64,000 nt of DNA from Ostrea edulis (lineage: Eukaryota): positions 124,001 through 188,000 of the forward strand of contig NC_079167.1 in assembly GCF_947568905.1 (NCBI RefSeq), given 5' to 3'. Each line of letters opens with the position of its first letter. The stretch's first letter is position 1. This document shows positions 47,777-60,595 of this stretch, one piece after another. A program made the position numbers and the translations under genes. The notes under the pieces were generated by a model that was not told the origin of the DNA, did not search any database, and was given only the letters and a program-made list of their open reading frames with translations.

Positions 47777-48676
47777 CGCGGGTAGGTTAAGGATTCCCTT
47801 ATAGAATATCACAGTGCACTGTATGCCTTTACTTCTCTGAACTACCAATATATGACGTCATAATGGAAAATGACATCAAGTCACTGCAAACTTGAACTGT
47901 TATGACGGGGAGAGTGTCAAAAACTTTAGACCTTATTTCAAACTGCCTATAAGATGTCAGAACACTATAGAAAAATTCACGTGTCTGAATTGTATTTTAA
48001 TATCCTATATGTCCGAATATTTTAAAATAGTTTGTTTAATTACCCTTGATTAAAATTCAGCGTGCTTACACTGCTTTCGAAAAATATACTTTTGAAATGT
48101 ACTCTGTTTTATACCAGTGATAAGAGGTAGAATTTTATGATGTGTTTATAAAAGAGTCTAGTGCAGGTAATGTATGAGGATTCATTTGAGATCTATTACG
48201 GAAATCGTAAGAGGAGTTTGTTCTCTACCCGAATTTTGCTTGGTTAAATGTTTGATGGCTTTGTTTGAATACAGATCACCATCAAATGTGTAGGTTAGTG
48301 TGTCCGTAAGTTGAACTCTTCATGAAATACGTGTAGTTTGTACGCAAGTAATACTACCATTTTTTCCAAGCACATTTCGGGTACACAAGGATACAGTGAG
48401 TTCATTTATCAAACAAAAAGTTTAAAATAATTGTTAAATGAGCTGTGTTGAAGCGATTTATGTGAAACACTTCAAGAAATTATAAATGACCGTCACGTGA
48501 TCAACAAAGTCATGTCATATCATAACAGATATGCTAATATATAGCCAAGAGAACCGTCTATATAAATCGTCTGTACTTAAGTATATAAATTACAAGAGAA
48601 AACCAAAAACCGACCTCGCAATCCAATGTATGTTTTGAACGCATTTCAAACTCCGGGAAGCCTTAACATACCTGCG
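47777..48676. mobile_element. MITE copy 2 (900 bp) inserted into a Naiad fragment
   Basis: TIR cgcgggtaggttaaggattccc / gggaagccttaacatacctgcg; TA duplicated (47775-47776 and 48677-48678). Confidence 0.88.
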
Positions 48677-49439
48677 TAGGTTGTATTGGCAGTGTTTAAA
48701 TCGAGGTAAGCTACTGACAAACAGGTATTTGATGCAGAGGTTTCAACAGTCTCGATTAAAATCAGCATTTTGCAAATTCTACGATCATTATAACGATGAA
48801 AGATGAAGATAATGAACAATGGTCAATCTCATAACTCCTATAAGCAATACAAAATAGACAAGTGGGCAAACACGGACCCCTGGACACACCAGGGGTGAGA
48901 TCAGGTGCCTTGGATGAGTAAGCATCATTATAACAACCTATAATTGGGTCAAACGCTCTTGGCGATATCTGGTAAAGGAGAAACAGTCACTTATATCTTT
49001 ATGTCTGTGTTTATGTATCTTCCTTCTGGAAAGATTTTGTGAAATGGTACAATGAATTTGAAAAAGATTCTAAAATAACGAAAAGAATTATGTTACTAGA
49101 GCAACGGGTCAGAACAAACCTTTATAACAACATAGCAGAATTTACTATCAAAATGCGATTAAACTATCAATAAGATTTAATTACAATTAATAATTGATAG
49201 AAAATTGCAATAATAGCAAAATACTAACCTACGGTAGTTCAATAATAAATCCAAACAATCAAAAATAATAATCCAAAATCGTAGTTTGCAAAAATCGTAG
49301 TTTCCGGTATATAATTCCAAATGAATAAAAAGGTGTCTAACTAGGTTTTTTTTTTATTCTAAGAATTTCTGTTTATATATAATAGCATTACGTAACCTTA
49401 CTTCTAAAAATAGTTTAGTATAGAACAACATCGGTCATG

Positions 49440-50290
49440 GGTGTCAATGACAAGTAAACATAACTTTCCAAAATCATCCAGGCTAAATGTAAATACATTT
49501 ACACAACATTCCCCACCTCTAAAGGTTTTAATGACAATGAAAACTCAAATATACAGCGTACATCAATGAAATCAACAACAAAAGAACTAAACATTCTCAA
49601 GACACTCTTGACAAGGCATCTGCTATAACATTGCCTCAGCCTTTGATGTTTGATATCATTGTCATACTCTTGCAATGGTAAACTCTATCTTGTGAGTTTT
49701 TTTATTCTTGTTTGACCATTTATGCAAAATCGTGAGAGGGTTGTAATCCTTAGAAACATGAATTGGCTGTACAGTAACATTCAAATAAACAATATAATGT
49801 TGCAAAGCTAACAGCAAACCAAGACACTCTTTTTCAATAGCTGAATAATTCTGCTCGCAATTTGAACGTTTCTTGAAACAAAGCAGCACCGATTCCTACA
49901 TCACTAACATCTATAGTAAGCTTAAACTGCTTAGAAAAATCTGGAGCCGAAAGAACTGGACTACTCATAAAAGCAGATTTAATATTACAAAATGATTCAT
50001 TGCAGTCCTTTGTCGATACAAATTTAACCCTCATTTACACTAAGTTAGTAAGTGGACCAACTGTTGAAGAAGAATTTGGACAAAATTTTCTGTAAAAGCC
50101 TACCATGCCCAAAAATCTCATTAACTCTTTCTTGCTTGTAAAAATCAGGAACTCTGCATTAGCCTCCACTTTAGCCATAATAGGTGTAACATAACGTTGA
50201 CCTACTTTATGACCTAAATACTCTACAGTAGCGTAACAAAGGTCACTCTTTGCAAGGTTCACTGTAGAATTTGCTCTTGCCAGAATGTCT
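49440..50290 (-). mobile_element. Decayed 3' end of a Gypsy-like element: RT end, RNase H, then PPT and LTR start
   Basis: FLGMVGFYRKF, DVSDVGIGA, NYSAIEKECL, frameshifted DIKH..ADALSR, then agaggtggggaa-TGTTGTG at 49520-49502. Confidence 0.7.
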
Positions 50291-50537
50291 AAGAATTAGG
50301 AAATATTCCCCCCATGTGTTGCTGTACATTATCTGGTCAGCGCTTAGGGCCATTGAGCAGGGAGGGATCTTTATCGTGCCATACATGCTGTGACAATAAA
50401 TTTGTAAGAGCTAAAAGGAAAACTAGAGTGCCAAAAAACTGGAGCCAAATTCGTCCAAGGATCAAAACTATGCATCATGGAGATATAATCCTTGATTTTG
50501 AAATGAATTTTTAAATTTTATCCTAGCAATTAAATAC

Positions 50538-50645
50538 ACGGGACCACGGTTTTTGCGGTCACATCCGAAGGACCGCCCCATTTAGTCGCCTCTTACAACA
50601 AGCAAGGGGTACTGAGACCTATTCTAACCCGAATTTTCACGGGAT
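50538..50645. mobile_element. GC-rich dispersed repeat fragment, probably SINE-derived
   Basis: ccgaaggaccgccccatttagtcgcctcttac...ctaacccg resembles a common mollusc repeat (recall only). Confidence 0.35.
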
Positions 50646-51339
50646 GGTTTGAAACGAAGTTACAGCTCTATTCTTAAGGGCAGTTGTTTTTGTCTGAATG
50701 TTTCTCGACTTCCTAAATGTTAGCGGAAAATTTCAAAATACATTACCGAAACAAACTTAATGTGCATATGACTTCATTTTTGTGGGTCTTGAAACAAATT
50801 GATTGAAGATTAAATTTAACAAGTAATCACTAAACGTATTTACTTCAATTGAGCTTCTAGTTCTAGTTGTATATCATATTTTTGAAGTCCTTACTTCTAT
50901 AAGCAAATCTGAAATACACAACAACAGTACGTATATGACAGGTGTACCCTGTCACAGTTTATTTTTCGAAGCTATTGAAAATGTAGGTGTTTAGTAAGGA
51001 CTTAATCATTTATCCGTATATCTCTTAGTGGATCATATTTATGGGTTTTCCTTGTCTATTTTCGGTTACATTTTCCACATCACGCATCTTGCAGAAAGGT
51101 GTACCATCATACGTGTTTACTTAGTGTCACTGTGAAAGTAAGAACAAATTCGGACTGTTGATGTATCGTGACCAGAGAGTAGGTTACTGTGACCTCATTT
51201 CAAAATTACAAATCACGCCATGACAGATCTCCAGGATGAGAATAAATTATAAGTCTTATGCATATAGTTCCAGAATGGCGTAGCATGCACTCTAGTGGTG
51301 CACGTTATTCAATTTCAGAATAACTCTTGTGATTTATAG

Positions 51340-51453
51340 GTTCTTACCGGACAAAAACAAAAGAAGAGCAATGGAGAGAAAAGGACAAATCGTTTAAACC
51401 TATTGCTGATATTATCGGAGTAAAGCATCCAGAGCACTTGGTTTCTCGAATAG
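51340..51453 (+). CDS. 114-bp mini-exon, copy 1 (38-aa basic repeat)
   Basis: tttatag|...|gtaagt; GSYRTKTKEEQWREKDKSFKPIADIIGVKHPEHLVSRI. Confidence 0.7.
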
Positions 51454-52365
51454 GTAAGTCTGCGATTTTGAAAAATCTAGCTGTTATTCTTTCTTTATTT
51501 TCTATGGTCATTCAACAACTGGAGTCATGATGAAAAAGTGAAAATAATGAATAGTAATCAAGATACCATGACCTAAGACATGAAGATCTATTTAGATTTC
51601 AAACGAAATTACAGCACTATTCTTAAGGGCATCAACAGAAATTATCGTGCAGTTATGTTTATCTGAATATTTCTTGACTTTTAGCGGAAAATTGTAAACG
51701 GCATTATGGAATCAAAATAAAAGTTCATTTTTGTGGAACCCAGAAGCACCAACTCTTCAAGCAAATTGATTGAAGATGAAATTGGCTCAACAATTCTTAA
51801 ACGTATTTATCTACTTCAACTGAACTTTTAGTTCTAGTTGTATATTATATTTCAGAAGTCCTTGCTTCTATAACCAATTCTGAAATATACTATAACAGTA
51901 TATCACATTAACTCTCTATGATATTGAAAAATGTGTCTATCTTGATGGGTCATATTTAAGGGTTTTCTTCGATTCTTTGCTAGTTTTCTAGTGCTCGGTT
52001 ATAGGTTAGGTTTAGGATAACCCTAACCCACATGACGGATCTTGTAGAAAATGTGCCATTATTCAAAAGTACCTTTCTATGACTTCATTTTGGAATTATA
52101 TTGAAATACCTGTCCACCTAGTGTCACTGTGAAAGTAAGAACAAATTTGAACAATTGATTTATCTTGGGAAAGATGTGTCGTGACCAGAAAATAGGTTAA
52201 TGTGACCTCATTTCAAAATCACAAATCACGCAATGACAGCTTGTGATCTCCAGCGTGGTAATATATTGTAAGTCTTATACATATTTTTTCCAGAAGAGCG
52301 TATGATGTACATGTACACTAGTGGTGCACGTTATTCAATTTAAGAATAACTCTTGTGTTTTATAG

Positions 52366-52479
52366 GCTCTTACTCGACAAAAACAAAAGAAGAGCAATGG
52401 AGAAAAAAGAACAAATCATCTAAATTTAATGCTGATCTGATCAGATTGAAGCATCCAGCGCACTTGATATCTCGAGAAG
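52366..52479 (+). CDS. 114-bp mini-exon, copy 2
   Basis: Same splice sites and frame. Confidence 0.7.
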
Positions 52480-53089
52480 GTAAGTCTGCGATTGTCTCTT
52501 TTGAAGAATATGATTGTTATTCTTTCTTTATTTTCTATGATCATTCAACAACTTGAATCACCATGAAAAAGTGAAAATAACGAATAGTAATCAAGATACC
52601 ATGGCTATCTGATGCATGTTGGAGGTAATGTGTCGCAAATAGAATGCAGGTAATTAATGCCTCATTGCGAATGTTTAAGGCTATATATTGTTAAAACCCA
52701 AAGGCAAACTGAATCAATGACAAGGAATTCAAAGATTTAACAATTTAAAGAGAAATATATTAATGAAATACTACTAACATACATTAGGGCTAAACAAAGT
52801 ACATCAAACAGAGTGCAATGATGGTTTACTACAGAGCTGAATCGACCTTTAATTCCAATCCAAGTCCTTAACCCTAGTCCTGATGTAATTCTGCAGAGTC
52901 CTGCTGAACAGACGATTCTAGCCTTATTATTCAAGCTGTTCTGCTGAAATGAAGCTACCAGTGTATTTTATCGGTTTTTACATTATCTCTATATTAGATC
53001 CTGACCAATGTCGTTCTAAAATTAGAACATATCGAATCCCGTCTAGGTCACAAGTTTCTGATAACTAATAACTAAACTGTATGAAAAAC

Positions 53090-53595
53090 ACGATGATTTC
53101 AGCTTCTCCATATTTATGTAGCAATATTCCATTATCACCAGGATATGGTGTTTATATATCTCAACTGATTCGATACGCTAGGGCTTGTTCTGCGTTTAGT
53201 CAGTTTTTAAATTGAGGCAAGCTACTGACAAACAAATTGATGGTACAGTAGTTTCAACAGTCTCGATTGAAGTCAGCAGTTCGCCAATTCTATGGTCGTT
53301 AAAACGATCTAGTTCGTCAATACAACCTATCATTGGGTCAAATGCTGTCTGACATTTTTCATACCGATTGTTAGGCCGTTCTTGGCACACTGATTTTGAC
53401 TAAGGATAACTTCGTTTACATGATCAGGATGTAGGGCTCACGGCGAGTGTGACCAGTCGACAGGGGATTCTTACTCCTCTTAGGCACTTGATCCCACCTC
53501 TGGTATGCCCAGGGGTCTGTGTTTGCCCAACTATCTATTTTGTATTGCTTGTAGGAGTTATGAGATTGATTACTGTTCGCTATCTTCACCTTTCA
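53090..53595 (+). mobile_element. Naiad 3' fragment
   Basis: Thumb-coding region plus 3' UTR. Confidence 0.85.
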
Positions 53596-54752
53596 TATTC
53601 AAGTTTGTTACACGTTACACCCCCTTTTGATTTAAATTGACAACAATACAATGAATGTCATACATTCCAAAGCTGATCATAATTATTTGATGTCAAGCAT
53701 ACTACTGTTTCTTTTCATAACCTTGAGTACAAGTTCCCTATTCTTGTGAATAAAGTTGCATTAATTAGTTATTACCATACATTCTATAAAAAAAACACAA
53801 TCAAACAGCAAGATGGGAGGCTATCACCAAGATTCACACTACTGGGTGGGGTATAACAAGTACCAAGGAATGGAAACTCGTCTTGAGGAGTTGCTATTCA
53901 TGAACTCCAAAAAAAAACAACGGACGTTTTTAATTTCAGTTCCACGAAAAAGCTCTAATTCAATTAGATCCAGCACTGCGTTAGTTGTAGTAGGACGTCA
54001 AACATAGACCGTGATGTCTTACCTGTCGGTTTTTGGGTTGTGTGTTTTTTTTGTTTTTTGGTCATTATAGAACAAGTACTTTACAAAACTGCATCATAAA
54101 CATAATAAATTGCAACATTTACAAGTTGTATTTTGTGTTTAAACAAACGTTCACGTGGGTGTTTTTATTTTTTCTAAGTACAACGATTCAAAGTAGCTAA
54201 AAACCTTAATTTTAAAAATTTGCTGTTTTTCACCAATGGACACAGGACACATTTGCATGTATTGATACAAAAATCTATTTGGTAAGCATTTTATGTGCTA
54301 AGCCATAATGATTTGCAATTGTTCAACCTACTCGGTGAACATGAGTGCACAGTATGCACCCGTTAGGCCGGGAAATAATAGAAAGGAAAATTTAAAGATG
54401 TCTTATTTGAAGTGCATATTTCCATTATCACTGAGAATCCAGGGACAGATTTTTATACCAATATTGTAAATATGGGTGTTCTCTAGCAACTGAAAAAAGT
54501 TTTGATTGAATCTTAAACACTACCATTAGATTGATTGGTGTTTGAAAATCAGTGATTTTGCGAATTTTGTATAGCTTATAGGAGTATTAAGATTGATACA
54601 CTCCCCATTAATTTCAAAAGACGTATAAACAGCTGCGATATCAGACAGTAGTCATGATTTATACAGAGACAAACTGACATCGTTAATATTCTTTCCCTAG
54701 GAAATACAATGTGTTCTAATGTAACATTATTTCAAAACTTCTACTTACGCAG

Positions 54753-55394
54753 CATCAAAGGAATTGGACATTACCATCCAGAAATATTATGCTTCTCAGA
54801 TAACACACTTATTAGAAATTAATTTCCGAAGGATTCTAAGACGATATGTTCTAGAGTCCGATTTCGTGGCAAAAATCGAGGAGTGCAAAGAAAAACTCTT
54901 ACCTCTACTTGATGATGCACATCAAAGCTTGCTGTATCCAAAGAGAAGATCATTTTCTGTAAGTTATAGAGATTTAGATCTGCATCTATTGTACATTCTA
55001 CTCAAGAGTATATGTGGCATTGCTCCACACGAACGAGGTTGGGGTAATTCTCCAAATCCCACAGACACGTCTCTAGCCGCCAACATCGACAGAAACATGG
55101 ATATTCACAAAACCTACTGTGGCGATGTAGCTCACATGATTCTCAAACAATCAGATTTCGACAAAGTCATGAAAAAAGTCGTACGAATTTCTGAAAGGAG
55201 AGATGAAAACCTCGATGGTTCAACAGAGGATGTAAGCATACACGATCAGGACACTACAACCATACACGTCCTGGAGGAAGTTTTAAAACCTCTAAGAGAT
55301 AATATTATACACCATTATAGCAAAGAAAATGAAGACTTGATACATCAGTTTACTCAGTTTAGAAAACAAGAAGAAGCTTTAGGAGCTCTAAGAG
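54753..55394 (+). CDS. Exon: second, degenerate DZIP3-type HEPN domain plus helical tail
   Basis: cttacgcag|...|gtaag, 642 bp; LLYP, DLDLHLLYILLKSICGI, GWGN, SLAANIDR; the R-N...H motif is replaced by HKTYCGD. Confidence 0.75.
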
Positions 55395-58194
55395 GTAAGA
55401 TTATATATCATTATGCAAATAAGTAAGAGGAATTCATTTTAGTAGCATTCAGTTTTGACGGATGAAAATCACCATACAACTTTGTTACGAATACTTATTC
55501 TGGATTACAAGGCAATACATATACGAAGAGAGTCCAGATCATATCTTTCAGGGTATGATACCCATGGCTATCTGATACATGTTGGAGGTAATATGTCGCC
55601 AATAGAATGTAGGAATAGTACCTAAGTGCGAATGTTTAAGACTATACATTGTTAAAGGTCAGAATAAACCCAAAGACAAACTGAATCAATCACTAAGAAT
55701 TCTAAGACTTAGCAATTTAAAGACAAGTATAATTATGAAAAATTTCTAACTTACAATAGGGTTAAGCAAAGGTCATAAAAGATAATGTACAAGCAGGGTT
55801 TACCACAGAGCTGAATCGACCTTTAATTCCAATCAAATTTCTTAATCCTAGTTCTGATGTAATCCTGCAGATTCCTGCTGAACAGACGATTCTAGCCTTA
55901 TTATTCAAGCCATTCTGCTGAAATGAAGCTACCAGTGTCTTTTGGGGGTTATTACATCATCTTTATATTAGACTCTGACAAATGTTCTAAAATTAGAACA
56001 TCTCGAATATTGTCTAGGTCACAAGTATCAATTAAGAACAAAAGTATTAAATAACTCTTCCCCCTTTAATACAATTAAAATGTGACCCTCGGAGACTAAC
56101 AGTCTACCAGCAGAGGCTTCGACCCAGGGGTCATAATGTAAAACTTATACGGCACCAATTTTGATGCACCAGATGCGCATTTATATATCCGTGTGCTCAT
56201 TTGCATTCATATATTAGTTCGATATATCCCTGTGGTCTCGAGGTCTGAGACACCACGGAATCCTCCTTGTCTCCTTAGTGATTGTGTTTTTTATTGAAGA
56301 TAAAATAATGACGACATGCTTGTGGCTCGGCTTTGTGACATGCGAGGTGGTTTTGGCTTCTCCATCGTCAGGCTACTGACAAACAAGCTGATGTTTCAGG
56401 GGTTTAAATAGTCTCGATCTAATAGAATGCACTGGTGATAATGGAATATTGCTAATAAATATGAGAAGTTGACGATGGCAAAGCTGAATTAATTAGGGTT
56501 AGGGTCATAGAATTGAAGTGTTAGATTACCGTTAATATCTGTTTTCCATAAGCTATTAAGGTGAATTTAAAGAACAACATATACAAGGACAATCTAAAAG
56601 TGTAATTTTACTTCGACAGGAAGAACGATTACCTCACCAGAGATAGAGAAATCACTAGGACCCCAGTACTCACGATATCAGTCAGACGTGAGAGGAAGAA
56701 CAGATTTTTACCCGAAAATGTCAATTCCAGACTTTGACGACGATATATTTACGTCAGTAATTCGAAAGGATTCATCTAGGATATCTTCTCATGGTAAGAG
56801 GTTTGTGCTGAATTTGGACAAATTGAAATTGACATAAAAACAGTTTTAAATAGATCTTTGTATTTATGTCAGAAGTTCAAATAGATTCATTTACTCCTCC
56901 TGGGCACCTGATCCCACCTCTGGTGTGTCTAGGGGTCCGTGTTTCCCCAACTATCTATTTTGTATTGCTTGTAGGAGTTATGGGATTGATCACTGTTCGT
57001 TATCTTCACCTTGCATCTAAGCAATATGTTCATGGTAAGACTCGGGTGGTTAATTCATTGACTGGTTTTAAAATTTAAAATTCAGGCCCCTTTACGAGGA
57101 TCTACTGAAAATGACATCTAACAAGGGGATCCTTACTCCTCCTGGGCAGGGTCTCTATTTTGTTATGTGTGTTATATAATCTTTTGATGTATGTTAAATA
57201 TCACCTTATCCTTGTGTGTCCAGGGATCCGTGTTTGCCCAACTCTCTATTTCATATTGCTTATAGCAGTTATGAGATTGATAACTGTTCGTTATCTTCAC
57301 CTTTCATGGATCATTGTTCATTATATTCTCCTTTCACTTTACATCTGATTATATATTATGCGTTCTGCAAGCATGGTTTCCAGTTTTGTCTGATACCTAC
57401 CACGACACAAGACATGAAGATATATTTAGATTTCAAACGAAATTAGAAATATATTCTTAATAGCATCAACAGAACTTATCGTGCAGTTATGTTTATCTGA
57501 ATATTTACTGATTTCCTAAATGTTAGCGGAAAATTGTAAAATGCATTACGGAATCAAAATTAATGTGTATATGAGTTCATTTTTGTGGGACCCGGAAGCA
57601 CCAACTCTTCAAGCAAACGTATTTATCCACTTTTGAGCTTTTAGTTCTAGTTGTATATTATATTTTAGAAGTCCTTGCTTCTATAACCAATTCTGAAATA
57701 CACTATAACAGTATATCACATTAAGTCTCTATGATATTGAAAAATGTGTTTAGCAAGGACGTAATCATTTATCCGTGTGTATCTTGATATATTTATGGGT
57801 TTTCATCGTCTCTTTGCTAGTTTTCTAGTGCTCGGTTATGGGTCAGGGTTAGGATAACCCTAACCAACATGACGGATCTTGTAGAAAGTGTGCCATTATT
57901 CAAAAGTACCTCTCCATGACCTCATTTTGGAATTATATTGCAATACCTGTCCACTTAGTGTCACTGTGAAAGTAAGAAGAAATTTGAACAATTGATTTAT
58001 CTTGGGGAAGAGGTGTCGTGACCAGAAAATAGGTTACTGTGACCTCATTTCAAAATCACAAATCACGCAATGACAGCTTGATATCTCCAGCATGGTAATA
58101 TATTGTAAGTCTTCTACATATTTTCCAGAAGAGCGTATCATGTACACTAGTGGTGCACGTTATTCAATTTCAGAATAACTCTTGTGATTTATAG

Positions 58195-58308
58195 GCTCTT
58201 ACCCGACAAAAATAGAAGAAGAGCAATGGAGAAAAAAGAAGAAATCGTCTAAATCTAATGCTGATATGATCGGCTGGAAGCATCCAGAGCACTTGATTTC
58301 TCCGAAAG
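58195..58308 (+). CDS. 114-bp mini-exon, copy 3
   Basis: Same splice sites, open frame. Confidence 0.7.
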
Positions 58309-58648
58309 GTAAGTCTGCGATTGTCTCTATTTTGAAGAATATCATGATTGTTATTCTTTCTTTATTTTCTATGATCATTCAACAACTTGAATCACCATGA
58401 AAAACTGTGAAAATAACGAATAGTAATCAAGATACCATGGCTATCTGATGCATGTTGGAGGTAATGTGTTGCAACTAGAATGTAGGTAATAATGCCTCAT
58501 TATGAATGTTTATAGCTATACATTGATAAAGGTCAGGATAAACCCAAAGACAAACTGAATCAATCACAAAGAATTCAAAGATTTAACAATTTAAAGAGAA
58601 ATATATTAATGAAATACTACAAACTTTTACTAGGACTACTCAAAGGAC

Positions 58649-60595
58649 GCAATCCACCAACATGTTCTTGTTCTTCACCTTCTTTCAACTACAGTCCAGC
58701 TGGACATGTCATTACTGGTGATGTTGATATAGTTGAAAATGAGGACCTCAAATCACTTATTCTTAAAGGTCCTAAATACAGAGAACCTCGGTCTTTTAAT
58801 TGGCGACAGAACTTCATCTCTATTATGAGTTCTGTCGAAGATTATGCCAGACGATGGGCTAAATATGAAAAAGAAGAACTTGATACATTGTCAGAATGGG
58901 TTAAAAGCATAAAAGGGATATTAAAATCCCGCATTAGACACATGAAAACAAAAATACGTACCATCTATCCTTCTGTGTTTAGTAAACCAGAAGTGATAAA
59001 ATAATTAGATAGGTTACATGAGGAATATGTTTTGGTTTCAGCTGACAAAGCTAGTAACAACATTGTCTTTATTTGTAAGGCTCATTATTACAACTGTATT
59101 TTAAACGAACTTGGCATTAATTCCACTTTTGGCAATCATACTTATACTCCAACTGCCCTTTCAAAAGACGAAATTCTTCAAAACCATGCTTCAGTTTTAG
59201 ACACATTTAATATTCCAGTCAATGGGTCGAATGCATATGAGTTACCGTACCTATACTGGATTCCTAAACTACATAAAAACCCTTACAAACAAAGATACAT
59301 TGCTGGATCCAGTAAGTGCTTTACTAAGCCCCTATCTTTGCTCCTCACGAAAATGTTAACAGCTGTGAAGGAGAAACTTCAAACTTACTGTGCGACTACA
59401 TATGCCAGAAGTGGTGTTAATCAAATGTGGATTCTAAAAAATTCTAAAGAACTTTTAGTAAACTTGGAATCACATGATTTTTCCCAAATCAATAGCATTA
59501 AAACCTATGACTTTTCAACACTATACACGAACATTCCTCACGATAAATTAAAGACTAGACTTTTTGACATCATAGACGGTTGCTTCTTCAACAAAAACGG
59601 AAATATTCATATCTAGTGATCAGTCATTCAAAAACTTACTTTGTTAAACACCACTCTGATTCCACGCACAAGTACTCTGAAGTTGAAATAAAAAATATGC
59701 TAGAGTTCCTCATTGACAATATCTTCGTGGTCTTTGGTGATCAGGTCTTCCAACAGTCTGTTGGAATTCCCATGGGCACGAATTGTGCTCCTTTGTTAGC
59801 TGACCTGTTTTTATATTCATATGAAGCAGAATTTATTCAAAAACTTCTACATGAGAAGAAAAAATCTCTCGCTGTGACCTTCAATTCGACTTTTAGATAT
59901 ATCGATGACGTTTTGTCTATTAACAATGATAGCTTTCATTCATATGTCGATTTGATATATCCCTGTGAGCTCGAAATAAAGGACACCACAGAGTCGTCCA
60001 CTTCTGCTTCCTACTTTGATATTTTATTGAACGTAGACATTAACGGCAAACTAACAACTCAACTGTATGACAAACGGGATGATTTCAGCTTCTCCATTGT
60101 CAACTTCCCACATTTATGTAGCAATATCCCATTATCACCTGCATATGGTGTTTATATATCTCAACTGATTCGATATGCAAGAGCTTGCTCTGGGTATAGT
60201 CAGTTTTTAAATCGAGGTAAGCTACTGACAAACAAGTTGATGGTACAGGGATTTCAACAGTCTCGATTGAAGTCAGCATTTCGCAAATTCTATGGTCGTT
60301 ATAACGATCTAGTTCGTCAATACAACCTCGCATTGGGTCAAATGCTGTCTGACGTGTTTCATACCGATTGTTAAGCCGTTCTTGCACACTGATTTTGACT
60401 GCGGATAACTCCGTTTACCTGATCAGGATATGGGGCTCACGGCGGGTGTGACGGGTCAACAGGGGATGCTTACTCCTCCTATGCACCTGATCCCACCTCT
60501 GGTGTGTCCAGGGGTCCATGTTTGCCCAACTATCTATTTTGTATTGCTTGTAGGAGTTATGAGATTGATCACTGTTCGTTATCTTCACTTTACAT
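58649..60595 (+). mobile_element. Longest Naiad-type PLE copy (5'-truncated, inactivated)
   Basis: KGPKYREP, DKASNNIVFICK, IPKLHK, GIPMGTN, RYIDD; TAA at 59002-59004; 7-bp slippage deletion near 59595; empty site visible at about 63490-63500. Confidence 0.92.

Noticed and set aside
58990-59010. Selenocysteine read-through, reported for some Naiad elements
   Set aside because: The in-frame stops here are TAA, not TGA; ordinary decay.
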